63,418 bases of DNA from the NCBI RefSeq assembly GCF_001194135.2, contig NC_068988.1, positions 82,199,804 to 82,263,221 of the forward strand. Reading direction: 5' to 3'. Source of the DNA: Octopus bimaculoides (Eukaryota). The notes below the pieces were generated by a model that had not been told where the DNA came from, did no database searches, and saw nothing but the letters and a program-made list of their open reading frames with translations. The position numbers were made by a program, and so were the translations under genes. Below are positions 24,064-34,745 of the stretch, piece after piece. Every line of letters starts with the position of its first letter. Position 1 is the stretch's first letter.

Positions 24064-24300
24064 ATGGCTATCCACTCGGCGACCGAGGAAGACCATTACT
24101 GACCTTTAGGAACGTTGTGTGCTCTAGGACTAACTTATATTTTGCATTTGTGGCTCTGTCGGTGGCTAATGAGCCCTGCTCTTAACAAGCATACACGACT
24201 GCAAACATTGCAAAGCAAGCTTTCCCCATTCACTACACTAGCAGTGCGCTTTTGAGCAGCACACTTCAATGCTTCATGCAGAATATGTGCATGGGACACT
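24062..24300 (-). mobile_element. RTE-1/BovB-like LINE 3' end
   Basis: C-terminal zinc-finger-like CNVCSRVCLLRAGLISHRQSH*, then 3' UTR ending ggtcgccgagtggatagccat plus (TA)n. Confidence 0.8.
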
Positions 24301-24329
24301 TTCACAAGAGCTGGCCAAGCAGAAGCCTG

Positions 24330-24500
24330 CACCAGTCTTCTGTGACTGTTTCGGCAGGATTTTTACAGCTGGATGTTCTTCCTAACACCAACCACTCAGC
24401 AGAGTGGACTTAGTGCTTTTTACATGGCACAAGCACAGCCACTTTACAGTGTGGATTGGGTGCTTCTAAGTGGCACCTGCACTGACAGGGTCTCCAAGAC
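24330..24500 (-). mobile_element. RTE 3' UTR fragment
   Basis: ttttacagctggatgttcttcctaacac...agtgctttttacatggcac. Confidence 0.7.
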
Positions 24501-25329
24501 GAAAAAAAAAAACCTTTCAAGAGAGGAGGGGGCATCGGAGGAGGGGGCATCGGAGGAGGTGATCTTGTGTCGAATGAAGAAAGGTTATAGTGAGACAGAG
24601 ACAGAAACAGGTGTCTTGCTGTAGAGGAAGTAGAAGGTTACCTGGTTGGAGAGAGAGAGTGAGACAGACGGACAGAGAGATCAGGAATGAAGGCAGAAAC
24701 AAGTGTACTACTGCAACCCCCCCCCCCAAAAAAAAACATGGTTACCCATCCTGAGGGAAGTGCAGGTAAAGGAGAGAGTGAGCAACAGCAGGATAGAGAT
24801 GGTGACAAAATGCCGGTCATACTCACAAGGGACAGGGATCAGAATATAAATGAGATGGTTGAGTAAAGGAGGAGAGAAATATAGATGGTGGCAAGTGCCA
24901 GGGCATACCCTTGATGTTCGAATGCTATAATATAAGTGGCAGGATATTGCAAAGGAAATGTGATCAAAGAGTGCAGGACTGGGGGGGGGGGCGAAAACTT
25001 GGGTATATATAGAGACGGTGGGCTACTGGATAGCAATGATACAGAGGAACAGGGCCATGAGGACAAGATTGGGAAGTGAGAGCTAGGCATAGTGTATGAA
25101 GGGGGAGAGGTGAGGAAGAAAAGAAATGTGGAGATGTAGATTGGTTTGTTGGGGTAGGGTGAGTGAAAGGTTTCCTTGTTACATGTGGGTGGAACGCACA
25201 GGTTGGGGGTTAGCAGATAGCAATAATACAGTGGAACAGACAGGTCTCTTGCATGCTACATTTCATTCCTCTTATGCCTGACTTTTCTCTCACTACATTT
25301 GCACTTTGCCATACATGTGCACTGATGTT

Positions 25330-26570
25330 GCACATCTAACAGAGCATACTACCTTCATTTCTCTCCAGTCTACGCATGTCTTCTGCATTCAGAGCCCATG
25401 AATCACCACCATGGAGTATAGCCTTTTGCACACAAGCATCATATAGTCTACTTTTCACTCTGAGAGAGAGTCCTTTTGTTGCCAACAGAGGTAATAGCTC
25501 TCTGAACTTCTTCCACCTAATTCTTATTCTAGAATGCTTCAGAGCATTCTCCACCATTGCTAATTTGGTCACCTAGGTAACAGAAACTATCTACAAACTG
25601 AAGAGAGCTTCTTAGGCATTTGAGAAGTCCCGTGTGCTCATAGTGCTTATTGTTCTTGCACATCTGCCACATACAAAGACGACTTTATCTGTGATTCCAC
25701 TGCACCTCTCATGTATCCATAGTTTACACTGGGTGCAGCAAATGGAATTTCTTCCAACTCCTTTCCTACTTATTGAGCAGGGCCATTTACCTAATGGAAT
25801 GAGAGCTTTATCTTCTTTCTTACTAACAACAACTTTGGTCTAAGCAAGGTTAACTTTAAGGCCCTTTGATTCCAGGTTTTGTTTCCATACATGGAATTTC
25901 TTCCCCAATTCTGCTAAAGATTCTGCAATAAGAGTAGGGTCATCAGCATATAGCAGTTTCCATAGGCACCCAGTTTTGAATTCTTCTGTTATGGCCTGGA
26001 GGACTATAAAGAATAAGAGTGGACTGAGAACTGAGCCCTGGTGAACCCCTCCCTGTATGCTAAATTCATCACTGTATTCATGGCCAACTCACCTTACTGA
26101 TAGCACCACTGTACATGGCTTGGACAGCACTAACAAGCCACTCCTCTACTCCTAACTTCCTTAGAGATCACCATATATAATTCTTTATTGCCCACAAGGG
26201 GCTAAAAATAGAGGGGACAAACAAGGACTCACTAAGTGCATTATCCATTATCCATTTGTGCATATTTTTCACCTCCCACATCTCTGTTCTCTCTGATACA
26301 TTGCTTTGCAATCCTGAACACTTCACACCTACGATCCTCACACTGTAGAACATTTGAAAATCTCTTCCTTCAGCTGCTCTTTTTGCTATGTATACCTTAT
26401 GATTAACTGCCGTTTTGGCTACCTGATTTAATTCTCTGCTTCCACCATTTTTCCAGTCTTTCCAGACCTGTCCTTTTGCTTTTACCGCACTGACAACCTC
26501 CTTGCACCACCACCAGGTCACACTTGGTCTAGCTGGGACTCTATCATAGTTCATATATCTGAAAAAGAAG
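25330..26570 (-). mobile_element. Decayed RTE-clade LINE RT fragment
   Basis: WKKFRELLPLLATKGLSLRVKSRLYDACV, KLLYADD, GVHQGSVLSPLLFFIV, YHRVFTQ-type RT region by translation. Confidence 0.9.
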
Positions 26571-26600
26571 CACACTGTAAAGCATTAGATCAGTAAGTCA

Positions 26601-27083
26601 TAGAGTAACCATTGGTTTTGCACCTATAACATGCTTAGCAGTATAGGTAACTCGTCAGACTTAAATGGCTGAAGGCACATAACCTCTCTACAACTGGAGG
26701 AAGAAGTATATCATGTCCAGTAAGTTTTGTAAACAAAAAGTATTTGTCCATGCTGCAGTCAGTACGAAGTTATCCCCCTTACATCAGTTCCAGGCAGGTG
26801 ATATTCAAAGGAACTATGGTGAGCCTATTCAATAAAGATCGGTTCTGATCTGGTGATATTCATGCAGCTCCTTTGAATATCATCACACTCAGAGCTGATG
26901 TAAGGGGGATAATCCTGTCCCATCTGCAGCATGGATAAATATTTTTGGTTTACAAAACTAACTGACCATGATATACCTCTTCCTCTTGTTGTAGAGAGGT
27001 TATGTGCCTTCAGCCATTTGAGTCTGATAAGTCACCTATACTTACTAAGCATTTTATAGATGCAAAAGCCAATGGTCACTCTA
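26601..27083. repeat. 483-bp palindrome (about 220-bp arms, about 45-nt loop)
   Basis: 32-bp perfect core aaatggctgaaggcacataacctctctacaac and its reverse complement; termini tagagtaaccattgg / ccaatggtcactcta. Confidence 0.92.
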
Positions 27084-27167
27084 TTCCCAGACATAACATT
27101 GAACTTTCTAAGATATATATGCATGTATGCATATGTAGACAGACAGACAGACAGACAGACCGATAAA

Positions 27168-27205
<38 letters not shown>

Positions 27206-27339
27206 AATAGATGTTGAGTGTGAGTATGGTTGTATCTCCTTGTCTTGTCATCATGTGATAGCTGTATATATATATCACTGTCATACAAACATTTCCATTT
27301 GTGTCTAATATTCTGCATAAACGTGCCAGGCCATGGGAA

Positions 27340-27540
27340 AATAGTTACCTTGCTTGGAAACACATGAGGGCTGATGACAGGAAAGGCATCCAGCCATTAA
27401 AAAATCTGCTTCAATAAACTCTGTCTGGCCCATGCAAGCATGGAAAAGTGAACGTTAAAAAACAATCATGATCATCATCATCCTCATCATCATCATCCTC
27501 ATCATCATTATCCTCATCATCATCCTCATCATCATCATTG
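27340..27540 (+). mobile_element. RTE 3' UTR fragment with (CAT)n tail
   Basis: aggaaaggcatccagccat...ccatgcaagcatggaaaagtgaacgttaaa. Confidence 0.75.
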
Positions 27541-28059
27541 TCGTCGTCTTTGTTCGCCAGACATTTTTCAGCATGTATATTTACAATATTTTTATATATA
27601 CACTATATAATGATCAGTTTCATCTTCAGAGATATTTAGTGTGTATATATTTAAAACTTCTATGTACAATGTTTTAAACAATATATTCTGTTTTGAACAA
27701 CTCAATCCCCTGAGGTCGTAAACATGTAGCATTTACAATATTTATGTATACATTATGTTTGGTCAATTTGAGCTCCAGAAATTTTAGCATTATATATGTT
27801 TGCAGTATTTATACATACAACAGTTTGTTTAGACTATATGTATTTGAAAAAAATATATATAAACCATGTTTTGGTTAGTCTGATCTCAATAGGTTTTTAG
27901 AATGTATATATTTACAATGTTTTACTCACTATGACCTCCAGAGATCTTTAGACTGTATAAATGTGGGTATGTACATGTGTGTGTGTGTGTGTGTATGTAT
28001 ATATGTATGTATGTATGTGTGAGTGTATGTATGTATGTATGTGTGAGTGTATGTATGTT

Positions 28060-28172
28060 ATCATTCAGTTTTATTTCAAGATTTCTTTCCAATAAAGAAA
28101 GAGCCGGTCTCTAACCTAGATTCAAGGCTCCTTCATTGGAAATTCAGCAACATCAACAGGATATTTTTGCAG
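28060..28172 (-). mobile_element. Short dispersed LINE-tail-like repeat
   Basis: ttatcattcagttttatttcaag...ctaacctagattcaaggctccttcattgg; recognised by pattern only. Confidence 0.4.
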
Positions 28173-28449
28173 GTAAGTGTGTATATGTGCAGATTTGTAT
28201 GTTTTGTTTTATGTACATAGTCTCATTCATATAGTTGCATGTCTAGACATGCCATATATATTTAAATGGTCAACTTATGAACAGTTCCAGTGATGGCTTG
28301 GATTTGTAGTTTTTCACCATCACTGACAGCTCCTTTCTGGTTTTAAGAAGTTTAATTTCTCAAGATTGGTACTTAGACAGTGTATTACATATCTCACTAC
28401 CCCAATAATTACAGGTATAAACCTGAACTAGTAATTTGGGCAGAGTAAC

Positions 28450-28900
28450 AGTAGATTTCTCAATAGTTAAGCGTATGTATTTTCTTTTTCATTGATCTTT
28501 AGCTTTATGTTAACATCTGCTGGGCAGCTGATTTCTACAACTGTACACAGTTTCTTTTCCCTGTCCCAAATCACTACATAACGTCTATTGTGTTTACCTT
28601 TTACTGAGATTTCCACTGGAACATTCCACCAGTACTCCTGATTATGAGTGACTATGGCCTCTACCATACTGTGGGTTCTTATTTCTTTGGCCTCAGGGTA
28701 ATCTTTCTGATGGATCTCATTATACAGTGTCTTGGCTACAACACCATGTCTCATCAGTATATAATACCATGATGACATTTTTGGACAACGGCTTGTGATG
28801 TGGGTGATATCATTGGTGTTAACTCCACAAAGTCTGCATCGTGTATGTATGTACACACTCCAGCATAGAATCCCACACCAAAACACTCCAGTATGGAGTG
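28450..28900 (-). mobile_element. R4/Dong-type (RLE) LINE fragment: CCHC knuckle plus restriction-like endonuclease
   Basis: CRLCG..TNDITHITSRC...RH..V...WWNVPV..KGKHNR..VIWDREKKLCTVVEISCPAD.N..K..EKENTY. Confidence 0.88.
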
Positions 28901-29984
28901 ATTCACAAATGCACTCTTGTCTTTGCCCCCACCCCAGTCATCTCTACACCCTTTACTACTATTACTAAAGCACTTTGGAAGTGATGAGCTTTGTGCCACC
29001 TTCACACAAACCTCTACCTTTCACATCACATATATTGAGTCTACCTGAATAGGATGCAAAGCAAAAGGATCACACTCTTTTCCAAATCATATGGACTCAT
29101 AAGGCAGGTTTCCTGGTTTCTATGGCGTATATATTACTCGCTGTACAGGATACCGGCCCCCTTGCAAGATTTCTACCTAACTAGACAAAGCACTAACCAC
29201 TTTTAGTTCTTCCTCTACAGGCTCTCTCTGGAATTCCCTACTTTCTCATGCTTTTCTCCTGTATCATTCGATTTACAGTTGTTCAAGAACATCAGCCAAA
29301 TCGGTCTCCTCAGCCCCGGAAGACATGTGAAGCCTATGGGAGCCCTTACCTCTACATCAAAAATGTTTAAACCAAAACAAGAAAGAAAAACTTAAAATCA
29401 GTCTCTCCTGGAGTCCTTTTCATTATAAGGAATGGGACGAACGTCACAGTATCACTTTTATCCTTCTGTAAAATTTCAGTTTTTAGAATTAATAAGCAAT
29501 ATTCACCATAAAGTTAGCGGTAATTTCTTCCATTTATCGATCTATGTATAATAAACATAACTTGTTAAATTGTGTTTAACAAAGGGAAGCTACTGAGAAT
29601 TACAAGTTTCTTATTTTTTCATTCTTAAAGAGTTACCTTTCTTGTGCTAATTATCTTGGCTGTGAAGCAAAATTCTGCGTAATCCCTTGATCTCTTTATA
29701 CATCTTTCTCTTTTTAATCATTATTATTTTTTTTTTCAGTTAAGTTTTATATTTTCCTAGACAGAATTTACAATAGAAACGGAACTTGCTTGGAAAGTTT
29801 CCAAGGAAAACTATTTGAATTTCCTATTTCAATATGCAAGAAAATTTAGCAATGCTTCAAACAACTTGTGGTTTCATAGGCTAACATACACTGACACACT
29901 TAAACATACATATGTATGCATAAATCTGTGTGTGTGTTTAAATGGATACATGTATGTATAAATATGTATATATTTGTATGTATA

Positions 29985-29986
29985 TT

Positions 29987-30059
<73 letters not shown>

Positions 30060-30065
30060 GTGTTT
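29985..30065. repeat. (TG)n microsatellite
   Basis: Direct reading. Confidence 0.95.
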
Positions 30066-30560
30066 GTAATGTAATTGTCAGATTCAAGGATCTAGGTGCA
30101 CGAAGTTAGTAAGCTTCAAGCAGTCCATGAAAGGCATAAAAAAACAACTTTCAGGAATAATAATAGTTTATCGGTGTAGAAAGTTGTAGGTTTTTCCCAT
30201 ATCAAAGTGCCATTACCAGAAACAAGTTATTTTATAGTTCACAGTTATCATCTAGGATTGCTACAAATGTGAATAGAAATCCAGTTTGAGGGAATGGAGC
30301 AGGTAAAATCCAGGCTACATATGTTTCCTAACTAGCAGACCCTCAGAAGTAATTATTACTCAGCAAGGGGTACTCTACTAGCTATTCATCAGGCCAAAGT
30401 ACCTTAGTTAAATGAAGGTTACATTGTTGTTATATATATATGTATGTGTGTGTGTGCATATATATATATGTAGTTGAAATTTACAGAAAAACAAAAGACA
30501 AAGATAGGTGAATAAACAACAAGCAGGTGTATTAGTTTGACACTCGGGAAGGTGAGAAAG

Positions 30561-30600
30561 TCTTTTGCATTTCGAGCATATCCTCTTCAACCAAATGGAA
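30561..30600 (-). ncRNA. Degenerate minimal hammerhead (copy 2)
   Basis: catt-tgGTTGA-agag-gatat-gctc-GAAA-tgc-a-aaaga; GAAA intact, 5' core and cleavage triplet mutated. Confidence 0.5.
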
Positions 30601-30913
30601 CACGGGGAAATAAACAGAGAGAGAATAAAAAAACTTTTGGAGTTAGCGGTCAATCATGGCGACTGGCTGGACAAAGGTAATTAGGAAGGAGAGCTAGGAA
30701 GAAGGGGAGATAATAATAAAGTATTGGTGATCCCAAAACGAAGGTGCGTGTGTGTGTGTATGTGAGAGTATGTAAATGTGTGCATGTGGATAGGGGCTGG
30801 TATATATATATATATATATATATGGGAGAATATACAAATAATAACAACAGACGAGGACAGGTGGTGTAAATAACAAAAGTATATATGAGTATGACGCTCG
30901 GGAATACGGAAAG

Positions 30914-30950
30914 TCTTTGACGCTTCGAGCTACGCTCTTCAACAGAAAGA
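30914..30950 (-). ncRNA. Minimal type I hammerhead (copy 1)
   Basis: tcttt-CTGTTGA-a-gagc[gta]gctc-GAAG-cg-TC-aaaga: perfect 5-bp stem I, 4-bp stem II, GUC triplet; deviations A6U and GAAA to GAAG. Confidence 0.7.
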
Positions 30951-31782
30951 ATACGGAGACAAGGAGAAAAACACGGAGAAAAAAAATTGAATAGTGTTCA
31001 GTNNNNNNNNNNNNNNNNNNNNNNNNNNNNNNNNNNNNNNNNNNNNNNNNNNNNNNNNNNNNNNNNNNNNNNNNNNNNNNNNNNNNNNNNNNNNNNNNNN
31101 NNNNNNNNNNNNNNNNNNNNNNNNNNNNNNNNNNNNNNNNNNNNNNNNNNNNNNNNNNNNNNNNNNNNNNNNNNNNNNNNNNNNNNNNNNNNNNNNNNNN
31201 NNNNNNNNNNNNNNNNNNNNNNNNNNNNNNNNNNNNNNNNNNNNNNNNNNNNNNNNNNNNNNNNNNNNNNNNNNNNNNNNNNNNNNNNNNNNNNNNNNNN
31301 NNNNNNNNNNNNNNNNNNNNNNNNNNNNNNNNNNNNNNNNNNNNNNNNNNNNNNNNNNNNNNNNNNNNNNNNNNNNNNNNNNNNNNNNNNNNNNNNNNNN
31401 NNNNNNNNNNNNNNNNNNNNNNNNNNNNNNNNNNNNNNNNNNNNNNNNNNNNNNNNNNNNNNNNNNNNNNNNNNNNNNNNNNNNNNNNNNNNNNNNNNNN
31501 NNNNNNNNNNNNNNNNNNNNNNNNTATATATATATATATATGTATATATATATCAATTATCAATGAATCATATATCTGAAAAAGGAGCACACTCTAAAGC
31601 ATAGAGCAGTAATGTGTTTATATGCAATTAAGTTAATGTCAAGTTTTAGAGTGACCAATGGTTTCACATCCATAAAGGGCTTTTGAGTGTGCTACATATA
31701 TAAATAACTACATATATATAAATATATATACATATTTGTGTGTTTGTATATATATATATAAAACGCCGGAGTTTTAATGGTG

Positions 31783-31880
31783 GCAGCTGATGAAGGGGAT
31801 GTTTCTATGTGGCCTGCTTGTTTGTTGCACCTTGTTTACCATTTTGTCCTTGTTCTTTTGCCACGTCATGTACCCAGTTA
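31783..31880 (+). mobile_element. Second copy of the 576-710 repeat with a partial hammerhead motif
   Basis: gcag-CTGATGA-agggg-atg-tttct-atgtggc-ctgc. Confidence 0.4.
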
Positions 31881-31953
31881 TGTATCTATATGTACATGTA
31901 GATGAACGTATATACATACATGTACATATATATGCATATACTCATATATTGTT

Positions 31954-32009
<56 letters not shown>

Positions 32010-32118
32010 TGTGCATGTGTCTCTATATATGTATGTGGGTATCTGACTGTTTTTATACACACCATGGAAAAAAATGGACGTTTAAGGATGATGATAATGG
32101 TGATGATATATATATATA

Positions 32119-32154
<36 letters not shown>

Positions 32155-32218
32155 GATAGATACATATTGTGTGTGTGTGTGTGTATTTGTATGTATACAT
32201 GTATGATCATCATCTTCA

Positions 32219-32273
32219 TATCCGTGTTCTCATCCGTGTTCTCATCCGTGTTCTCATCCGTGTTCTCATCAGC
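32219..32273. repeat. 4x 12-bp tandem repeat (catccgtgttct) plus catcagc, antisense to the downstream ribozyme core
   Basis: Direct reading; 32255-32273 is the exact reverse complement of 32280-32298. Confidence 0.95.
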
Positions 32274-32345
32274 GTCTATGCTGATGAGAACACGGATGTT
32301 ATTACGTAAGTATAACGTTAATGTTCGAAACTGCAGTCCATAGAT
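32274..32345 (+). ncRNA. Type I hammerhead ribozyme with an intact canonical core
   Basis: Stem I tctatg/cataga; CTGATGA 32281-87; stem II gaaca/tgttc extended by atgttat/ataacgt; GAAA 32327-30; palindromic stem III ctgcag; GTC triplet with predicted cleavage 3' of C32338. Confidence 0.88.
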
Positions 32346-33030
32346 AACTCTTTATTCTGTATATTTCTCATATTGTCCTGTTCTGGCGTTTTGCAAAATT
32401 TTTCTGGAGAACATTAATTTTCTTTGTGGTTAACATATTGGATGTCCACCTAGTGGTCATCCCTTGTACACGTGTAATACAATTTTTTCTGAATTTTCAG
32501 ATTTTTTTATATGCTAGGCCACTTGGTTTTAAATTGAATTAATATTCAATTTATCACCCTATCTATATAAATATATATANNNNNNNNNNNNNNNNNNNNN
32601 NNNNNNNNNNNNNNNNNNNNNNNNNNNNNNNNNNNNNNNNNNNNNNNNNNNNNNNNNNNNNNNNNNNNNNNNNNNNNNNNNNNNNNNNNNNNNNNNNNNN
32701 NNNNNNNNNNNNNNNNNNNNNNNNNNNNNNNNNNNNNNNNNNNNNNNNNNNNNNNNNNNNNNNNNNNNNCATATATACGTAAGGTATATGCTTCGTGTAT
32801 TCTCCGGTGGCTACATTAGTGTGGTGGAGTATGTAAACTCTCAAAATGTCGTGTCTCAAAACACCTCAGAGTCTTAGACAGGCAAGATACTTTTATCTCT
32901 CAAGTAAATTTATCTCACATATAAAGTTTTTCTTAAGTATGCAATTTTCAGGCATGTCAGCACATAATTTTAGACGCCATGATCATATAAGCTGTGGACT
33001 GGTTAAGTGACTTGCCTTCAACCCTGGCAG

Positions 33031-33099
33031 ATACATGATGCTGACAGGCCACAAAAATGGCAAAACATCACTCTCTATGACTCCCAAATGGGATTGAAG
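33031..33099 (+). CDS. Candidate coding exon (69 nt, phase 0-0)
   Basis: Acceptor gacttgccttcaaccctggcag|, donor AAG|gtgagt; IHDADRPQKWQNITLYDSQMGLK. Confidence 0.55.
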
Positions 33100-33219
33100 G
33101 TGAGTTACCTGTCCATGACTGAGGTGTTTTAATACTCTACACTTTGAGAGTGTTTATACTCCACCACGTTATTGCAGCCACTGGAAAATACACAAAACAT
33201 ATATGTTAAGTATTAGTGA

Positions 33220-33420
33220 CTTGTTTTAGTCATTAAACTATGGCCATGCTGGGGCTCTGCCTTGAAAGGTTTTAGTCAAATGAATAATTGACCCCAGTAC
33301 TTGTTTTTTAAGCCTGGTACCTATTCTAACTGTTTCTTTTGTCAAACCAGTAAGGTACAAGGACATAAACACACCATCACTGATTATTGTCAAGTGGTGA
33401 CAATGGACATACGCAGGCAA
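33220..33420 (-). mobile_element. SINE family A 3' part (old)
   Basis: ggccatgctggggc...accccagtactt...ggacataaacacacc. Confidence 0.7.
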
Positions 33421-33439
33421 AAAGACAGACAGACATATA

Positions 33440-33491
<52 letters not shown>

Positions 33492-34029
33492 TGCATGCAT
33501 ATATATGCTGGACCTCAGAGTAGCAAGAGATTGACTCAGCTTAAATAAAATAATAAAATATTGTTTGTGTTTATATATATATATATATATATAAATACAC
33601 ACACATACACACACATATATCGTTGCTATCATGTTAAACTGTCATATGTCCAAATTTGGCCAAATGCATTTTTTTCAATATTTAATTTTACTTGCAATAG
33701 CCAGTTCTTTTGGTCAAATTATCATATCTCCAACTATTTCAGATGCCAAGCTATGGAAATTGTCAAAGTGTAGAACAACAGTTTAGCATTTTTCAAAAGG
33801 GTAGTAAGTCCCACATACGACAGTTTGCAAAAATATTTCTGACTGAAAACATCATACATGCTTGGAGTTACGATTTTATACAGCCAACAAAGTATCGTTG
33901 TTAAGCTAAAACTGCTGCTAATATAAAAAGAAATGGAATGGTGAAACTATTTTTTCATTTTCTAAAAAAAGCAATGTCTTGAACTTATGACACTTTCGCA
34001 TAATAGCAATGATATATATATATATATAT

Positions 34030-34180
34030 ATCATCATCATCATCATCATCATCATCATCGTTTCCATGCTAGCATGGGTTGGACGATTTGACTGAGGACT
34101 GGTGAAACCGGATGGCAACACCAGGCTCCAATCTGATTTGGCAGAGTTTCTACAGCTGGATGCCCTTCCTAATGCCAACC
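34030..34180 (-). mobile_element. RTE 3' UTR with (CAT)n tail
   Basis: ccatgctagcatgggttggacgatttgactgagg...ggatgcccttcctaatgccaacc. Confidence 0.85.
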
Positions 34181-34316
34181 ATATATCTTTTTGTTGTTTC
34201 TGGAATAAGTGCAGCCAATGATAAAAATCAGCAGCAGGAACATAAGCATCATAGATTTCATTTCAGTTTTACCATGCTGGCTTGGATAGGTTTGTAGGCA
34301 TGGCTAAACCTTTACC

Positions 34317-34745
34317 ATATTTGCTCCACAACATGCATGGTTTCCAAATTCAGTGCTCAATGCAGGCACCTTCAGTAAATGTTTTCTACCAAAAGTAGCG
34401 TCACTAAAATGGAGTAAATTTGAGAGTGCACCATTGAATAGTGAGAGAACAGTGCCATCCGATGCACCCCATTAGCAATGGGCATGACTTAGCCTAAATG
34501 CTTTCAACATAGTGGACTCTATTAAAATAATTCAATGGTCAGGTAGAGGTTTTCAATAGAAGGAGGTATGAAGTCTATCACACAAAATATGGAAGGTCCC
34601 ACTGATGGGCTCCCACACAATTTCTGTCTACCAAATTTAATTCACAAGGATTTTAGTTATCCTTAGATTTTGGTAGAAAACACTTACTGAAGGTACCTGC
34701 ATTGAGGACTGAATTTGGAAACCATGCATGTTGTGGAGCAAATAT
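34317..34745. repeat. Inverted repeat with 78-bp arms and about 270-bp spacer (possible MITE)
   Basis: 38-bp perfect stretch atatttgctccacaacatgcatggtttccaaattcagt and its reverse complement. Confidence 0.88.

Larger units (their letters stand above)
30460..31002 (-). mobile_element. Two tandem Penelope-like pLTR units, each with a minimal hammerhead motif
   Basis: Repeated gttgaagag...gctcgaa...aaagactttc...ttcccgag motif about 353 bp apart. Confidence 0.75.

Noticed and set aside
28081-28172. Exon with strong donor CAG|gtaagt
   Set aside because: Lies wholly within a dispersed repeat fragment; the donor arises at its junction. Exonisation cannot be supported without RNA data.
28280-28335. 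C/D snoRNA or pre-miRNA (cagtgatgg...ccatcactg)
   Set aside because: Only a 9-bp stem, about 40 nt long, box C imperfect.
30350-30400. Minus-strand CTGATGA at about 30386-30392
   Set aside because: No downstream GAAA or stem pairing.
32219-32273. CRISPR-like array
   Set aside because: Contiguous 12-bp tandem units with no spacers, eukaryotic context, no cas genes.
33710-33904. 64-aa ORF or exon after atttcag|
   Set aside because: No recognisable similarity and ambiguous donors.
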